A stretch of DNA of 64,000 nucleotides from positions 1-64,000 of IMG/VR virus record IMGVR_UViG_3300011855_000001; one strand, given 5' to 3'. A program made the translations under genes and the position numbers. The DNA is from an uncultured virus (IMG/VR IMGVR_UViG_3300011855_000001). Its lineage: Duplodnaviria > Heunggongvirae > Uroviricota > Caudoviricetes. The notes below the pieces were generated by a model, which worked only from the letters and a program-made list of their open reading frames with translations, was not told where the DNA came from and ran no database searches. The stretch's first letter is position 1, and each line of letters starts with the position of its first letter. Of this stretch, positions 28,178-37,792 are shown piece by piece.

Positions 28178-30958
28178 TTACCTCGTTGCGAAGCTGCGCG
28201 GTTGGCTAAAGCTGGAGCTCACTGGCAGCTGTTCGGTTTTAATAACCTGCCCCGAAGAATCTTTATACTGTACCTCCAGCGGAGCCGCCTTAATATCAAT
28301 CCGTCCACCAGTCTGAGGCATCGTTTTCGGGTCGATGTTGTTCAGGTCTTTCAGCTTATCTTCCCACGCATAGACGCCCGGCGCATAGTTCCGGTTTTCA
28401 GATGTGTAACGCCCGGCCCCGGTACCGCCGTTGTAACGGCTCAGGGCTTCATATTCGTTACCACCAGCAGCATCCAGATCGTCGCGGAGGTGCGCAGCAC
28501 CAGCCATGATATTCCCGCGTTGGGTGTAGATATCGTACTGGCGCATATATTTGGCGTTCCACTTCGGTACCAGCTGAGCAGCACCGATAGCGCCAGCGCG
28601 GCTGACCGCTTTGTTACTGAAACGGGATTCCTGCGCGATCAGTCCACGTAACAGGCTTGGGCGGATGTTGTACTTCTTCGCCGCGTCCTGAATGTCCTTT
28701 TCCATGCTTTTCGCGCGCGCAGCCATATCGCCCGGCACGTTCTCCGGCAGACTGGCTTTCGCGTTTTCGATCAGCGCAGCCGGAGAATCGCCCAGCGTTG
28801 AGGTGTCCATGGCCCCGGTTTCCGCTGACGAGCTATACCCACCTGCGAGCTCATCAACACGGCGATTCATCGCAGCAGTTTCAATATCGCGCTGACGGTT
28901 GTTTGCGGCCTGCTTATCAATGATTGCTTTACGCTTGGCATTCGCCTCAGCGTCATTCCCTGTCACCATGTTCAGCTTGGCTTGCAATTCGCGGTTGGCA
29001 TTGTCGAAACGCATATCAATGCGACGTTTGCCCTGCGATTTCTCGCGGTCGATATAGTTCTGCCTCAGGCTGGCTTCATCGCCCACACCAGCCATCTTGA
29101 CCAGTGCCATACGCATTATATCCAGCGACGGCAGAGCGCGATCTGCAAAGCGGGTCATGGTGTTGTCCAGCTTCGCTACGTTATCGCGGATCTGGGATCC
29201 TTCTGTTTTGGTGCCACCGTGAACGCTGACCAGCTCAGCCATTACATCTTTCAGCTTCTCGGTATCGCTGCCCTTATAGGCACCCATCAGGCGTTGACGC
29301 TCGGCATCGGTCAGGTCTTTTCGGCCCAGATAATCCTTCGCCATGCTGCCCAGACCAGTACCACCCCCCTCAATGATCCCCATCTGAGCCATCAGCTGCG
29401 GGGTCACGTTCAGGCCCAGACGCTTGGCGCGAGAGTCCGCCCCGGTTAACTGCGTCATAGAGGTATTGGAGAGGGTCATGGCCTCATTAAGCCCGGTGCC
29501 CATATGGTTAGCCAGCGCCATGTAATACTCAGGTGTACCCTGCCCATACTGGCGAGCCATCTGGCGTTTAACCAGATCAAACATGGTTGTGCTGCCCTGC
29601 GGGCCAGCGCCAAACGCGCGACCGTATGGCGTGTTAGCGCCAAAGGCGGAGCTCAGCGTGCCAAACATCCCAGTTTCCTGAAACGCTCGCGTCTGGTACG
29701 GGTTCAGGCCCGCTGCCATACCCATTCTGGCGGTGAAGGCTTGGGACGCTTCACCCATGTTGCCGCCGCGTGACAGGGACGCGTTGACGCGGCTCAGGAG
29801 CGATGCAGCGCCCTGCACATCCATTCCCGGCAGGCCAGTTTGCATCAGGCCAGCCAGAGCGCCGCCATAGCCAGCGACGTTTGGCCCGGTCAGGCTTTGC
29901 CGTGCTGCCGTGGTGGCGAAGTTGGTGATCGCCTCCATGGCTTCATTGGCCTGCCCGAAAGCGCCGGATTTACCGATGGCCTCACCGATAAGCGCACCCA
30001 TGCGGCGAGTGTCCTGATCGGAGCGCCCGATATTAGCACCGCGTAGCCGCGCCATGCTTCCGGCTACGCTATTCGGATCCAGACCAAAGGTACGCGCCAT
30101 GCCCCCGGCAGTGAGCAGCCCGGTCATCGGGTTCTCACCCGGTCGCAGGTTCGCGCGGGAATAGCTTGACGCCATTGCAATAGCATCGGAGGTCTTCATG
30201 CCCAGCGTATCAGCCAGACCGCCTGCGCCACCGATGGAGTTTTTCAGCACAGCATACGAGGCAACGCCCCCGACCTGACGATACAGTTTATCGAGGCCAA
30301 TGGCGTTATCCTGCGCCTGCGCGACCTTATCCGCGATAGCACCGATGATCTTACCCACGCCCAGCGCAGCCAGACCGCCCACAAGCCCCATCAGGCCAGC
30401 GCCAGCACCAGCCGATAACCCGGTGCTCAGAGCACTGGAAAATACACCACCGACCGGGCCCGTTGCTCGCAGCCCGGACTGCATGATATTAAGCCCATGA
30501 GCGCCCCAGCCTTGACGCCAGTTGAATCCACCACCGCTTCCACCACTTCCCGGAGGCAGCGCTGGAGGCGGCGTCGGAGGTGTTGGGCGCGGTGGCTTCG
30601 GCTTTGGGTTATCGTCAAAATCCACGCCAAGAAATTGCAGCATAGACTGCATTTTCTTGATGCGTTCAGCCTGATCGCCATACATCTTTTTCCAGTCAGC
30701 CATGAGCGGGTTAGTCGAGCCTTGGCCCGTTTTACCCATAGTTGTTCTGAGCTCAGTCTGTACTTTAAGCAGCTTCTGCATCTGCTTGATGAAGGCGTCC
30801 AGATCCTCTTTCGATTTGACGTTAATCGGCTCAAACTTCTGGTTGTTGGCCTGACCGACCTGCGACGCGAGGATGCGGATCTGGTCATTAACCATCTGGA
30901 TCTGCTGTTTCAGGTCTGCCGCATCGAACTGGGCACTAACCGGAATTTTAATTGCCAT
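28178..30958 (-). CDS. tape measure protein with C-terminal SLT domain
   Basis: Ala/Gly-rich helical body; IAQESRF...GAAQLVP...YNGG. Confidence 0.85.
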   Translation of the reverse strand: MAIKIPVSAQFDAADLKQQIQMVNDQIRILASQVGQANNQKFEPINVKSKEDLDAFIKQMQKLLKVQTELRTTMGKTGQGSTNPLMADWKKMYGDQAERIKKMQSMLQFLGVDFDDNPKPKPPRPTPPTPPPALPPGSGGSGGGFNWRQGWGAHGLNIMQSGLRATGPVGGVFSSALSTGLSAGAGAGLMGLVGGLAALGVGKIIGAIADKVAQAQDNAIGLDKLYRQVGGVASYAVLKNSIGGAGGLADTLGMKTSDAIAMASSYSRANLRPGENPMTGLLTAGGMARTFGLDPNSVAGSMARLRGANIGRSDQDTRRMGALIGEAIGKSGAFGQANEAMEAITNFATTAARQSLTGPNVAGYGGALAGLMQTGLPGMDVQGAASLLSRVNASLSRGGNMGEASQAFTARMGMAAGLNPYQTRAFQETGMFGTLSSAFGANTPYGRAFGAGPQGSTTMFDLVKRQMARQYGQGTPEYYMALANHMGTGLNEAMTLSNTSMTQLTGADSRAKRLGLNVTPQLMAQMGIIEGGGTGLGSMAKDYLGRKDLTDAERQRLMGAYKGSDTEKLKDVMAELVSVHGGTKTEGSQIRDNVAKLDNTMTRFADRALPSLDIMRMALVKMAGVGDEASLRQNYIDREKSQGKRRIDMRFDNANRELQAKLNMVTGNDAEANAKRKAIIDKQAANNRQRDIETAAMNRRVDELAGGYSSSAETGAMDTSTLGDSPAALIENAKASLPENVPGDMAARAKSMEKDIQDAAKKYNIRPSLLRGLIAQESRFSNKAVSRAGAIGAAQLVPKWNAKYMRQYDIYTQRGNIMAGAAHLRDDLDAAGGNEYEALSRYNGGTGAGRYTSENRNYAPGVYAWEDKLKDLNNIDPKTMPQTGGRIDIKAAPLEVQYKDSSGQVIKTEQLPVSSSFSQPRSFATR

Positions 30959-31272
30959 CTACGTCTTCCCAGTCGTTAACTTCGGTTATGTCGGTTTCGC
31001 TACCTGCTGGCGTTTGCTCCCCGGATTCTGCTTCCTCTGCCCACTGCTGCATGATCGCAGTAGCATCAAAGGATTCATCCTCGACGACATCCATCATCTT
31101 CGGATTATCCTGATACGTGTGGGCCCAGTATTCAGTCAGCCGTTCCTCAAACGTTGTCTCCATGTACAGGGGGCTGTTCGGGGGCAGGCGGAATGTCCGG
31201 CGATACCACAGATCCACCGTGTTCACCATTTTCCGCGCTGTTTTCTTCGCCCGGTGTTCTAGGTTTTCTGCG
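30948..31272 (-). CDS. tail assembly chaperone, frameshift-extension part
   Basis: +1 frame overlapping the upstream chaperone ORF; precedes the tape measure. Confidence 0.65.
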
Positions 31273-31575
31273 AAATGTTTCCTCACGCTCTCTCAGAGCG
31301 GCAAACACACGCCCCAGCTTCTGATACGTTTCGTCATCCAGCGGATCCATGTTTTCCATGTCCCAGCCTTCTGGAGCGTCAACTACCAGCACGCGCAAGG
31401 TTGAAAGGTATTCAGCGAGAGTGATCAGCCATGCGGTCGGTTCCACGCCGCCAGCCATTGACGCGTATTCGCGCTGGATCTCCACCTCAATAGCCATGGT
31501 TCGACGCGCCGCACGGAAGCGACCGATATCCGGCACGTCAAAGTAATAGTCATTTGCTTTTGGTTGTCTTGCCAC
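31147..31575 (-). CDS. tail assembly chaperone
   Basis: Between tube and tape measure; GAGGA RBS; GTG start. Confidence 0.75.
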   Translation of the reverse strand: MARQPKANDYYFDVPDIGRFRAARRTMAIEVEIQREYASMAGGVEPTAWLITLAEYLSTLRVLVVDAPEGWDMENMDPLDDETYQKLGRVFAALREREETFRRKPRTPGEENSAENGEHGGSVVSPDIPPAPEQPPVHGDNV

Positions 31576-31597
31576 GTTGGAATCCTCGGAAAGGGAG

Positions 31598-31621
31598 AAA
31601 GAAGCCGCCCCGAAGGGCGGC
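31598..31621 (-). terminator. terminator after the tail tube gene
   Basis: GCCGCCC-TTCG-GGGCGGC-TTCTTT. Confidence 0.7.
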
Positions 31622-31630
31622 AGGTATCAC

Positions 31631-32053
31631 TTACGCGCCGTCACCGCTCACGTCCAGCGCGTTAAACTGGGCGTTGGAGGTAACGATGGCGTGTTTCTGG
31701 GTCTCGATGGAACCAGATGCGTAGCTCACGCCAGTGTACTTACGCAGCAGAGCGCCAGTCAGGCCATCATACTGCTCAATGTCGAATACCAGACCTTGCA
31801 GCACGGCGTCGCCGTTCTCCGGCACAATGCCCGCAGCTTGCAGCTGGGACTTGTTCAGGAGCATGGCGCTCACGCTCAGCTGGTGACGCGCCATAGTCGG
31901 CACCCACTCCTGTACGTGAATGTCACCGATACCGGAAGCAGGTTCCGGCGCGTAGTCATCGTTCATAGAAATGTTCTGGATCAGGCCGATCTGCTTGCCA
32001 TCAAAGATGACCTTGATCTGGTTGCCTGACCGTACATTGCGGTTCTGCTTCAT
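31631..32053 (-). CDS. tail tube protein
   Basis: 140 aa directly after the sheath; AAGGAG RBS. Confidence 0.8.
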   Translation of the reverse strand: MKQNRNVRSGNQIKVIFDGKQIGLIQNISMNDDYAPEPASGIGDIHVQEWVPTMARHQLSVSAMLLNKSQLQAAGIVPENGDAVLQGLVFDIEQYDGLTGALLRKYTGVSYASGSIETQKHAIVTSNAQFNALDVSGDGA

Positions 32054-32063
32054 CGCTTACTCC

Positions 32064-33860
32064 TTAGACGGTCGCGGTGCCGCTGTACGGACGAGCGTAC
32101 ATGGTCACGAGGATGTAGTTGTTAGGGACGACCGGGGATGCCTCGTACTGAATACGCATTACATCGCCCTCAACAGTCCCGGTAATGTTGCGGAATGCCG
32201 GGCTGTTTTCGTCACCCGCCAGCACTGCCGGGCCCATTGGTTCTGGCTTAGCCAGCTCAGTCAGCTGACCTTTAACAGTGCTCAGTGCCTGAGACAGCAG
32301 GATCGGGGACTGCTTGGAGCCGCGCAGCTGATCCACCGCCTGACGCACGTTACGCTGTGTGAAGTCGATAGCCACGCCGCAGGACTGCTCGCGTTTGTTG
32401 AATTTGCTATCAACCAGCCAGGTCGAAATGGACTGCGTGATTTTGTAGCCAGTATCGGTGTTCTCGATAGGCATCACGCCGCCAAGGATCAGCTCGTCGG
32501 TCTCGGTCGGGTTGTCTAGATCGCGCTCCAGCCCGTTCACGCTGATCACCTTGTTGGTGAGCGGAGTGCCCGGATTCACGCCGCCAAACGCGGCGGCCAC
32601 CAGTGCTGCGGTCATGTACGCCGGGCGCAGCGTCAGCACGCCAGTGTCGTCATACGCGTAGTGCCCGATGTGAACCAGAGAAACGCGGTCGCTGTTCAGT
32701 ACCTTGGCGCGGCGAATTGCTTCCTCGTTGGAGGTGCTGATCGGCGTGCCGACGATAGCGCGGCGCTCTTTGTAGCGGTTTGAGTTGAACTCAACATGCG
32801 CCTTAACGAAACCATGTACGGCTTCATCACCGGAGCACGCTGCCACCCACTGCACGTTGCGCTCTTTCGCCAGCAGATCCAGAGCATTGCTCCAGTCAGC
32901 AGGCAGCGGAGCCACGACAGGCTGAGAGGTCAGGTATTTGTAATCCTGAATCTGCGGGCCATGCCAGATGGCAATCGCGTTAGCAGCGTTCAGCTCGAAG
33001 TCCAGCCAGTTGCCTACGGCATCCTTAAACCATTTCTGGAAGCTGTAGCCGTTCCAGTAGAAGTCGGCGTCCAGCGTTGGCGTAGCGGTATCAGTTTTAT
33101 ATGCCTTCTGATCCAGCACGCTCGGAGATAGAGAACGATAACCAGTGCTCAGGAACGTCATTTCGAACGGTTTCGCGCCGGATGCGTTAGCGGTCACGCT
33201 GTTCACGTAATCAGCGATGTCGCCCAGCGTTTTATACTGGGTTAAATCCAGCTCAATCTTCTGGAGTACGCCATCGCCGCCCTGCTCGTCAGTGACGATC
33301 TCAAAGACGCCCGGAGCTACCAGAATATGGCAGTCCTTCTCTTTGATTTTGAGGTGTACGCCCGGCGCGTTGATGTCGTTGCCAGTCACAGACCATGCAG
33401 ATGCGCCAGTGCCGCCAGCGACGGTCACGGTGTACAGGCCAGCTTTTGAGCCCTGCTCAATCTTGGCTTTGATGCCCAGATCGGTTTTGCTGTACGCCTT
33501 GCCTTTCAACGTGCCGAAAGCGCCAGTGGCATTCGTCGTCCCTGCGATAATTGGCAGGTCGAGGGTGGCCTGAAACGCTTTGTTTACGCGGATAGCGATG
33601 ACAGTCTGAGGAGAGCCAGTCTGAGAGGACGGGGAGAAGGCTTTCACCACCGCATCGCAGAGCTCGCCACCGACCAGCGCCTGTTTAGCCGCGTTGGGGG
33701 TGCTGAATTTCAGCAGTTTGAATGACTCACCACCATCAGCCTGACCGATGTAGGCAACAACGTTCGTTACCGACAGGTTCTGGTTCAGCATGGCGTCATC
33801 GTTCACTGCGGATGCAGTGGTAGGCGTCGTCAGCAGTTGACCATTAAAAAATACGCTCAT
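32064..33860 (-). CDS. tail sheath protein
   Basis: GGELCDA, PLTNK, C-terminal PVVPNNYI. Confidence 0.88.
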   Translation of the reverse strand: MSVFFNGQLLTTPTTASAVNDDAMLNQNLSVTNVVAYIGQADGGESFKLLKFSTPNAAKQALVGGELCDAVVKAFSPSSQTGSPQTVIAIRVNKAFQATLDLPIIAGTTNATGAFGTLKGKAYSKTDLGIKAKIEQGSKAGLYTVTVAGGTGASAWSVTGNDINAPGVHLKIKEKDCHILVAPGVFEIVTDEQGGDGVLQKIELDLTQYKTLGDIADYVNSVTANASGAKPFEMTFLSTGYRSLSPSVLDQKAYKTDTATPTLDADFYWNGYSFQKWFKDAVGNWLDFELNAANAIAIWHGPQIQDYKYLTSQPVVAPLPADWSNALDLLAKERNVQWVAACSGDEAVHGFVKAHVEFNSNRYKERRAIVGTPISTSNEEAIRRAKVLNSDRVSLVHIGHYAYDDTGVLTLRPAYMTAALVAAAFGGVNPGTPLTNKVISVNGLERDLDNPTETDELILGGVMPIENTDTGYKITQSISTWLVDSKFNKREQSCGVAIDFTQRNVRQAVDQLRGSKQSPILLSQALSTVKGQLTELAKPEPMGPAVLAGDENSPAFRNITGTVEGDVMRIQYEASPVVPNNYILVTMYARPYSGTATV

Positions 33861-33869
33861 GTGATCCCC

Positions 33870-34100
33870 TTAGATCAGCGGAGTTTCGAGGAATTCCGCA
33901 TAACGTTTTTCGTAAGCGGATGGAATATCGCGCACGCGCCCGGCAGATGTCTCTTTCGTCCAGAAGCCAGTGATCAGCACATAGCGCTTTTCGGTCAAAG
34001 ACAGACGCGTGCAAAACTCGTCAAGCGATAGTGGGATCTCAGTGCTTACTGCCGCTGCATCCACTTCCGCTGCGATTGCTTTTGATGGTTGTTTAGCCAT
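33870..34100 (-). CDS. small tail-associated hypothetical protein
   Basis: GAGG RBS; lies between the completion protein and the sheath. Confidence 0.65.
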   Translation of the reverse strand: MAKQPSKAIAAEVDAAAVSTEIPLSLDEFCTRLSLTEKRYVLITGFWTKETSAGRVRDIPSAYEKRYAEFLETPLI

Positions 34101-34935
34101 TAGGATTAACCTCAGTAATGACATCCACGATAGTGGCATCAGATTTAAGCCCTACGCGGATCGGCGCAGTGCAGTTGAAATTCCCGGTAACAAGGTACAT
34201 AGGGGAATCATATTCGCCGCTCACCGCATCTTCGGTGCTCAGCGATAACTTAGGCAGCGTGATCCCGGCGTCTGCCAGCACGGTCAGATTGGCGATGATC
34301 ACACGGCGGATGGCCTTTCTCAGCTCCAGACGCTCATCCGGGTTGAGAGACCAGCCAGTAATGGAAATATTGACATCTGCGAGCCAGCCAGCCTGCTCAG
34401 TAAACATGTCGTCGGCTTCATCCATGTACTCAACGTTGATGGCGTCGCCAATAAAGCGCTCGCTTGGCTCCTCGCTTTCCAGCGACAGAGTGACGCATGG
34501 CAGCATCAGGTTGTTTTCCATCTGCGGTGGCGCGGTGAAAACTTGGATATAGCCCAGCTCATTCATCAGCGTTTTGCGCTCGACCTCTACCATCAGCCCG
34601 GCTTCCAGACGGTCGCGCAGCAGCTGGAGCGTATCGGTAGACGCATCCTGATAGGTCGCCATCGGCGTCCCGTAGTTCTCGTTGCTGGGCTCCCAGATGC
34701 CATTGACGTAGTAAAACGCCTTGTAGAAATACTTGACGTTGTTCTGGAGGAAGTGGTGATCGACAAACGCGATGTTGTCCCCCTCGTAAACGATAAGGGC
34801 GTCCGGGTCGCTCATGTCGTCCTTAATCCCTGAGCGGGGGAGGCGCAGCACTTGCCAAGCCGTCGCGCCAGCGGGAGGCTGGAGGAACACTTGCAGTGCG
34901 TTGCCGCAGGACTGGGGCAGAATCAGCGTAATCAT
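34093..34935 (-). CDS. tail completion/terminator protein
   Basis: Position upstream of the sheath; apparently leaderless. Confidence 0.65.
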   Translation of the reverse strand: MITLILPQSCGNALQVFLQPPAGATAWQVLRLPRSGIKDDMSDPDALIVYEGDNIAFVDHHFLQNNVKYFYKAFYYVNGIWEPSNENYGTPMATYQDASTDTLQLLRDRLEAGLMVEVERKTLMNELGYIQVFTAPPQMENNLMLPCVTLSLESEEPSERFIGDAINVEYMDEADDMFTEQAGWLADVNISITGWSLNPDERLELRKAIRRVIIANLTVLADAGITLPKLSLSTEDAVSGEYDSPMYLVTGNFNCTAPIRVGLKSDATIVDVITEVNPNG

Positions 34936-34941
34936 GGCTAT

Positions 34942-34977
34942 ATTGTGCCGTCACGACGCCGGGCGTGATGCTAACCT
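34942..34977. promoter_or_regulatory. back-to-back late promoters
   Basis: Minus: GTCGTGACG-G-CACAAT (34957-34942); plus: GGCGTGATG-C-TAACCT (34962-34977). Confidence 0.75.
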
Positions 34978-34994
34978 TTGAATCGGAGGCGCTT

Positions 34995-35834
34995 ATGGCT
35001 AAAGACTATTCAATCCAGATCAACCTCGGTAGTACCATGGATATCCTCGGAATTATCAACAAAGAGGTGTTCCCCTACCTGCATCAGGCCGTCAACGCGG
35101 TCGGGAATAAGCTCGCCCAAAACTGGCAGGAGGAGGTATACAAGGCGAAATTGTGGAGCGGCGAAAAAGACCAGTACGCCAAGTCAATCAGCTGGCAAAT
35201 GACCGGGGATTTCTCCGGCTATGTCGAGGCGACGTATAAATGGGCTGAGGAAATTGAGAGTGGACGCCCTGAGCGCGATCTGAAAAAGATGCTCAATACC
35301 TCGCTGAAAGTCCGCCGTACAAAGTCCGGCAAACGCTTCCTCGTCATCCCCTTCCGGCATAACGTGAAGGATATGCCGGACGAGCTCTACGCGCAGGCCA
35401 AAGCGCTGGAAGCCTCCAAAGTCGTCGGGCAGACGCAACGCCGTACCGGGGAGGTAACTTTCCTCTCTCGCAAAACCGGGATGCAGCCCGCCAAGCGACA
35501 GACGCCATTTCTGACCAACGTTAAGACGCATGGCCCGATGATGGTCAATCAGGCCCAGTACAAATGGGGCGGACGCATTCACGCGGGCTACTTCGGCCCT
35601 AACCCGAAAGGCAAGGTCGATCATGCGGCAGGCATGGTGCGGTTCGATACCAGCAGCGGCAAGCAGAAGTCCAGCGCCTACATGACATTCAGGATCATGA
35701 TGGAAGGCCAGCAGGGCTGGGTAGTGAAGCCGCAGCCGGGCAAATGGATTGCGCGGAAGGTGCGCGATGATATGGCCCCGAAGGCAGAGGAAGCATTCAA
35801 AGCCGCGATGGGCTGGACGCTGAAAGTGAAGTAA
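34995..35834 (+). CDS. putative neck/tail-completion protein on the opposite strand
   Basis: GGAGG RBS; basic protein with YAKSI, DLKKML, FLVIPFRH, YMTFRIM. Function inferred from context. Confidence 0.65.
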   Translation: MAKDYSIQINLGSTMDILGIINKEVFPYLHQAVNAVGNKLAQNWQEEVYKAKLWSGEKDQYAKSISWQMTGDFSGYVEATYKWAEEIESGRPERDLKKMLNTSLKVRRTKSGKRFLVIPFRHNVKDMPDELYAQAKALEASKVVGQTQRRTGEVTFLSRKTGMQPAKRQTPFLTNVKTHGPMMVNQAQYKWGGRIHAGYFGPNPKGKVDHAAGMVRFDTSSGKQKSSAYMTFRIMMEGQQGWVVKPQPGKWIARKVRDDMAPKAEEAFKAAMGWTLKVK

Positions 35835-35861
35835 AAAAAAAGCCGCGAGGCGAGTCGCGGC
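35833..35861 (-). terminator. terminator between convergent genes
   Basis: GCCGCGA/TCGCGGC stem followed by a T-run on the minus strand. Confidence 0.7.
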
Positions 35862-35944
35862 ACGTCAAAGTAGGCGTTCAAACAGCTTTTTTATTTTCAG
35901 GCAAATGGACTATAGACAGGGGTACCTGACTGGTCAACGTCTTT

Positions 35945-36604
35945 TTAGCTGATATTTCTCGCGCTACGACCGTAGAGGTCGAATTTGCGAAGCACGACAC
36001 GTTTTGGCAGGCGCATCCCTTGGTGCTCGTTACGGTCTGACGGGTAGGCATCCAGCATGAAATATTCGCTGTAGCGCTCCCCGGTGATCGTGTACTGCTT
36101 GCCCGCTGGCGGCTCGCCACCGTTAGGCCATGTCAGTTTCCCCTTGGGGTCTACCTCAGGGATCCCGCCCTCAATAACGCCCGTCCTGGTATCATTAAGC
36201 CAGAATACCCGCTCAATGCTCTTAGGATAGCGCCTGAGGCGTTCAGTCGGTGCGCCGTGGGTCAGCACATCTGAGAAGCCGTCGAGGCCATCCAGCGTGG
36301 TTACGCGGTCATATTGTCCGCCCCAGTCCCATGCTGGCTGATCCTCCGGCAGACTCACCACCATGTCGCCATGTTCCCACAAGCCCATTTTTGCCCATTT
36401 CATCTGGGTTTCCTGACTGGCGATGCCCACCACCATTTCCTCCGGCGCATCCCAGATCCTGCCCATCCCGGTACAGAGCGGGCAGGTCGGGTCAGCAGAT
36501 CCAGACTGCGCATTACGGCACGGGCAGGCCCAGTTACGCGCCCAGAGGACGCGCTGACCGATATTATTCAGGTGACGGTTAAAGTTTTGTTGGCTGAAAC
36601 GCAT
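35945..36604 (-). CDS. head closure / neck protein
   Basis: CPC...CPLCTG.G Zn-like motif; follows the adaptor. Confidence 0.65.
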   Translation of the reverse strand: MRFSQQNFNRHLNNIGQRVLWARNWACPCRNAQSGSADPTCPLCTGMGRIWDAPEEMVVGIASQETQMKWAKMGLWEHGDMVVSLPEDQPAWDWGGQYDRVTTLDGLDGFSDVLTHGAPTERLRRYPKSIERVFWLNDTRTGVIEGGIPEVDPKGKLTWPNGGEPPAGKQYTITGERYSEYFMLDAYPSDRNEHQGMRLPKRVVLRKFDLYGRSARNIS

Positions 36605-36614
36605 ATTCTCCCCC

Positions 36615-37730
36615 TTAGAAAATCATGCTCCGCACGCCATGGATAGCAGCCTGCAAGCCACCATTCCCGCTTTTCTCCGGCCCGTCGATGATGCGATCGA
36701 TCTGGTCTTGATACTTGCTCAGATCGACGCTCATGGACTCGCTCAGGCCATCGGCGCTGATAGAGCCGGACTGCGGCAGGAAAGTGTCAGTGATGATCTT
36801 CGTCACCGCCAGTTTCATGATGGCGTCGATGAGATCAGGGTACTGGGTAGCGGCGTCCACCAGCCCGGCTGTGTAGTCGAGGTGAACCATCTGCGGGATG
36901 CGGCTTTGCCACGTCAGCGCGGTGAAGCCAAGCACGGAGGTAGTCACCAGCGTGGCGTTAGTCACCGGAATGATCTCAACGTGCCCATACTTCTGATCGA
37001 TGCGCAGCCACTCCTGCGGGATATCAAAATACTGCCCCCCGGCAGACGGCATGATGAAGCGCAGACGCTGCACATTCACCACCGGATGATGACGCGTGAC
37101 AAAGTAGCCCCACTTGTCGCGGTCGAACATGGTCGGCTCATAGTCCTGCGGCGTGTCTTTTACCCACGGCTCACCGTTCAGCTCAGCGATCTGGTCATCG
37201 GTCGGAGTGCTTTGGAATACCCGCGTCGGGACGAGGAACACACGCAGACGGCGAGAGATTTCGGCCTCGGCGGCAATCAGTTTGCGCCAGATATAATCAT
37301 CGGAAACTTTCATATCGCGCAGGGCACCCGCTGACGCTGCCATAAGCTGATCCTCGCGCAGCTGCGGGATCACCAGCTCTTTGATAAACAGCTGCGACCG
37401 GGTGAGCTCAAACGGCTCCTTAATCTCAGCCGGGAACATGGCCCGACCGACCGGGAAGCCGGACACGCACAGGATCACGTCATTGCGCGTGGCGAATTCA
37501 GCCTGGTAAGGATCGGTCGTCCCGTCGATAACGATGACGATGGCACCATTTTTCAGGTTGGTACCCGTAGCAGTCAGGTCAACAGGCGTTTGCTTGTTGG
37601 CGATCAGCTGGCCCTGTTTGGTAATCAGCGCCCACGTCAGGGACTCCCCGCCAGTCAGCGCGATGGGTTTCCCGTCTTTTTTCAGCTCTACAATGACCGT
37701 ACTGACGGTATTGCGTTCAATGGTAATCAT
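36615..37730 (-). CDS. head-tail adaptor
   Basis: SISADGLSES motif; position after the capsid genes. Confidence 0.7.
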   Translation of the reverse strand: MITIERNTVSTVIVELKKDGKPIALTGGESLTWALITKQGQLIANKQTPVDLTATGTNLKNGAIVIVIDGTTDPYQAEFATRNDVILCVSGFPVGRAMFPAEIKEPFELTRSQLFIKELVIPQLREDQLMAASAGALRDMKVSDDYIWRKLIAAEAEISRRLRVFLVPTRVFQSTPTDDQIAELNGEPWVKDTPQDYEPTMFDRDKWGYFVTRHHPVVNVQRLRFIMPSAGGQYFDIPQEWLRIDQKYGHVEIIPVTNATLVTTSVLGFTALTWQSRIPQMVHLDYTAGLVDAATQYPDLIDAIMKLAVTKIITDTFLPQSGSISADGLSESMSVDLSKYQDQIDRIIDGPEKSGNGGLQAAIHGVRSMIF

Positions 37731-37743
37731 GCGTTACTCCAAT

Positions 37744-37768
37744 AAAAAAGCCGCCCTGAGGCGGCTTA
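37744..37768 (-). terminator. intrinsic terminator
   Basis: AAGCCGCC-TCAG-GGCGGCTTTTTT. Confidence 0.75.
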
Positions 37769-37792
37769 ACAGGGCTTTACGCCAGCTGCAAA

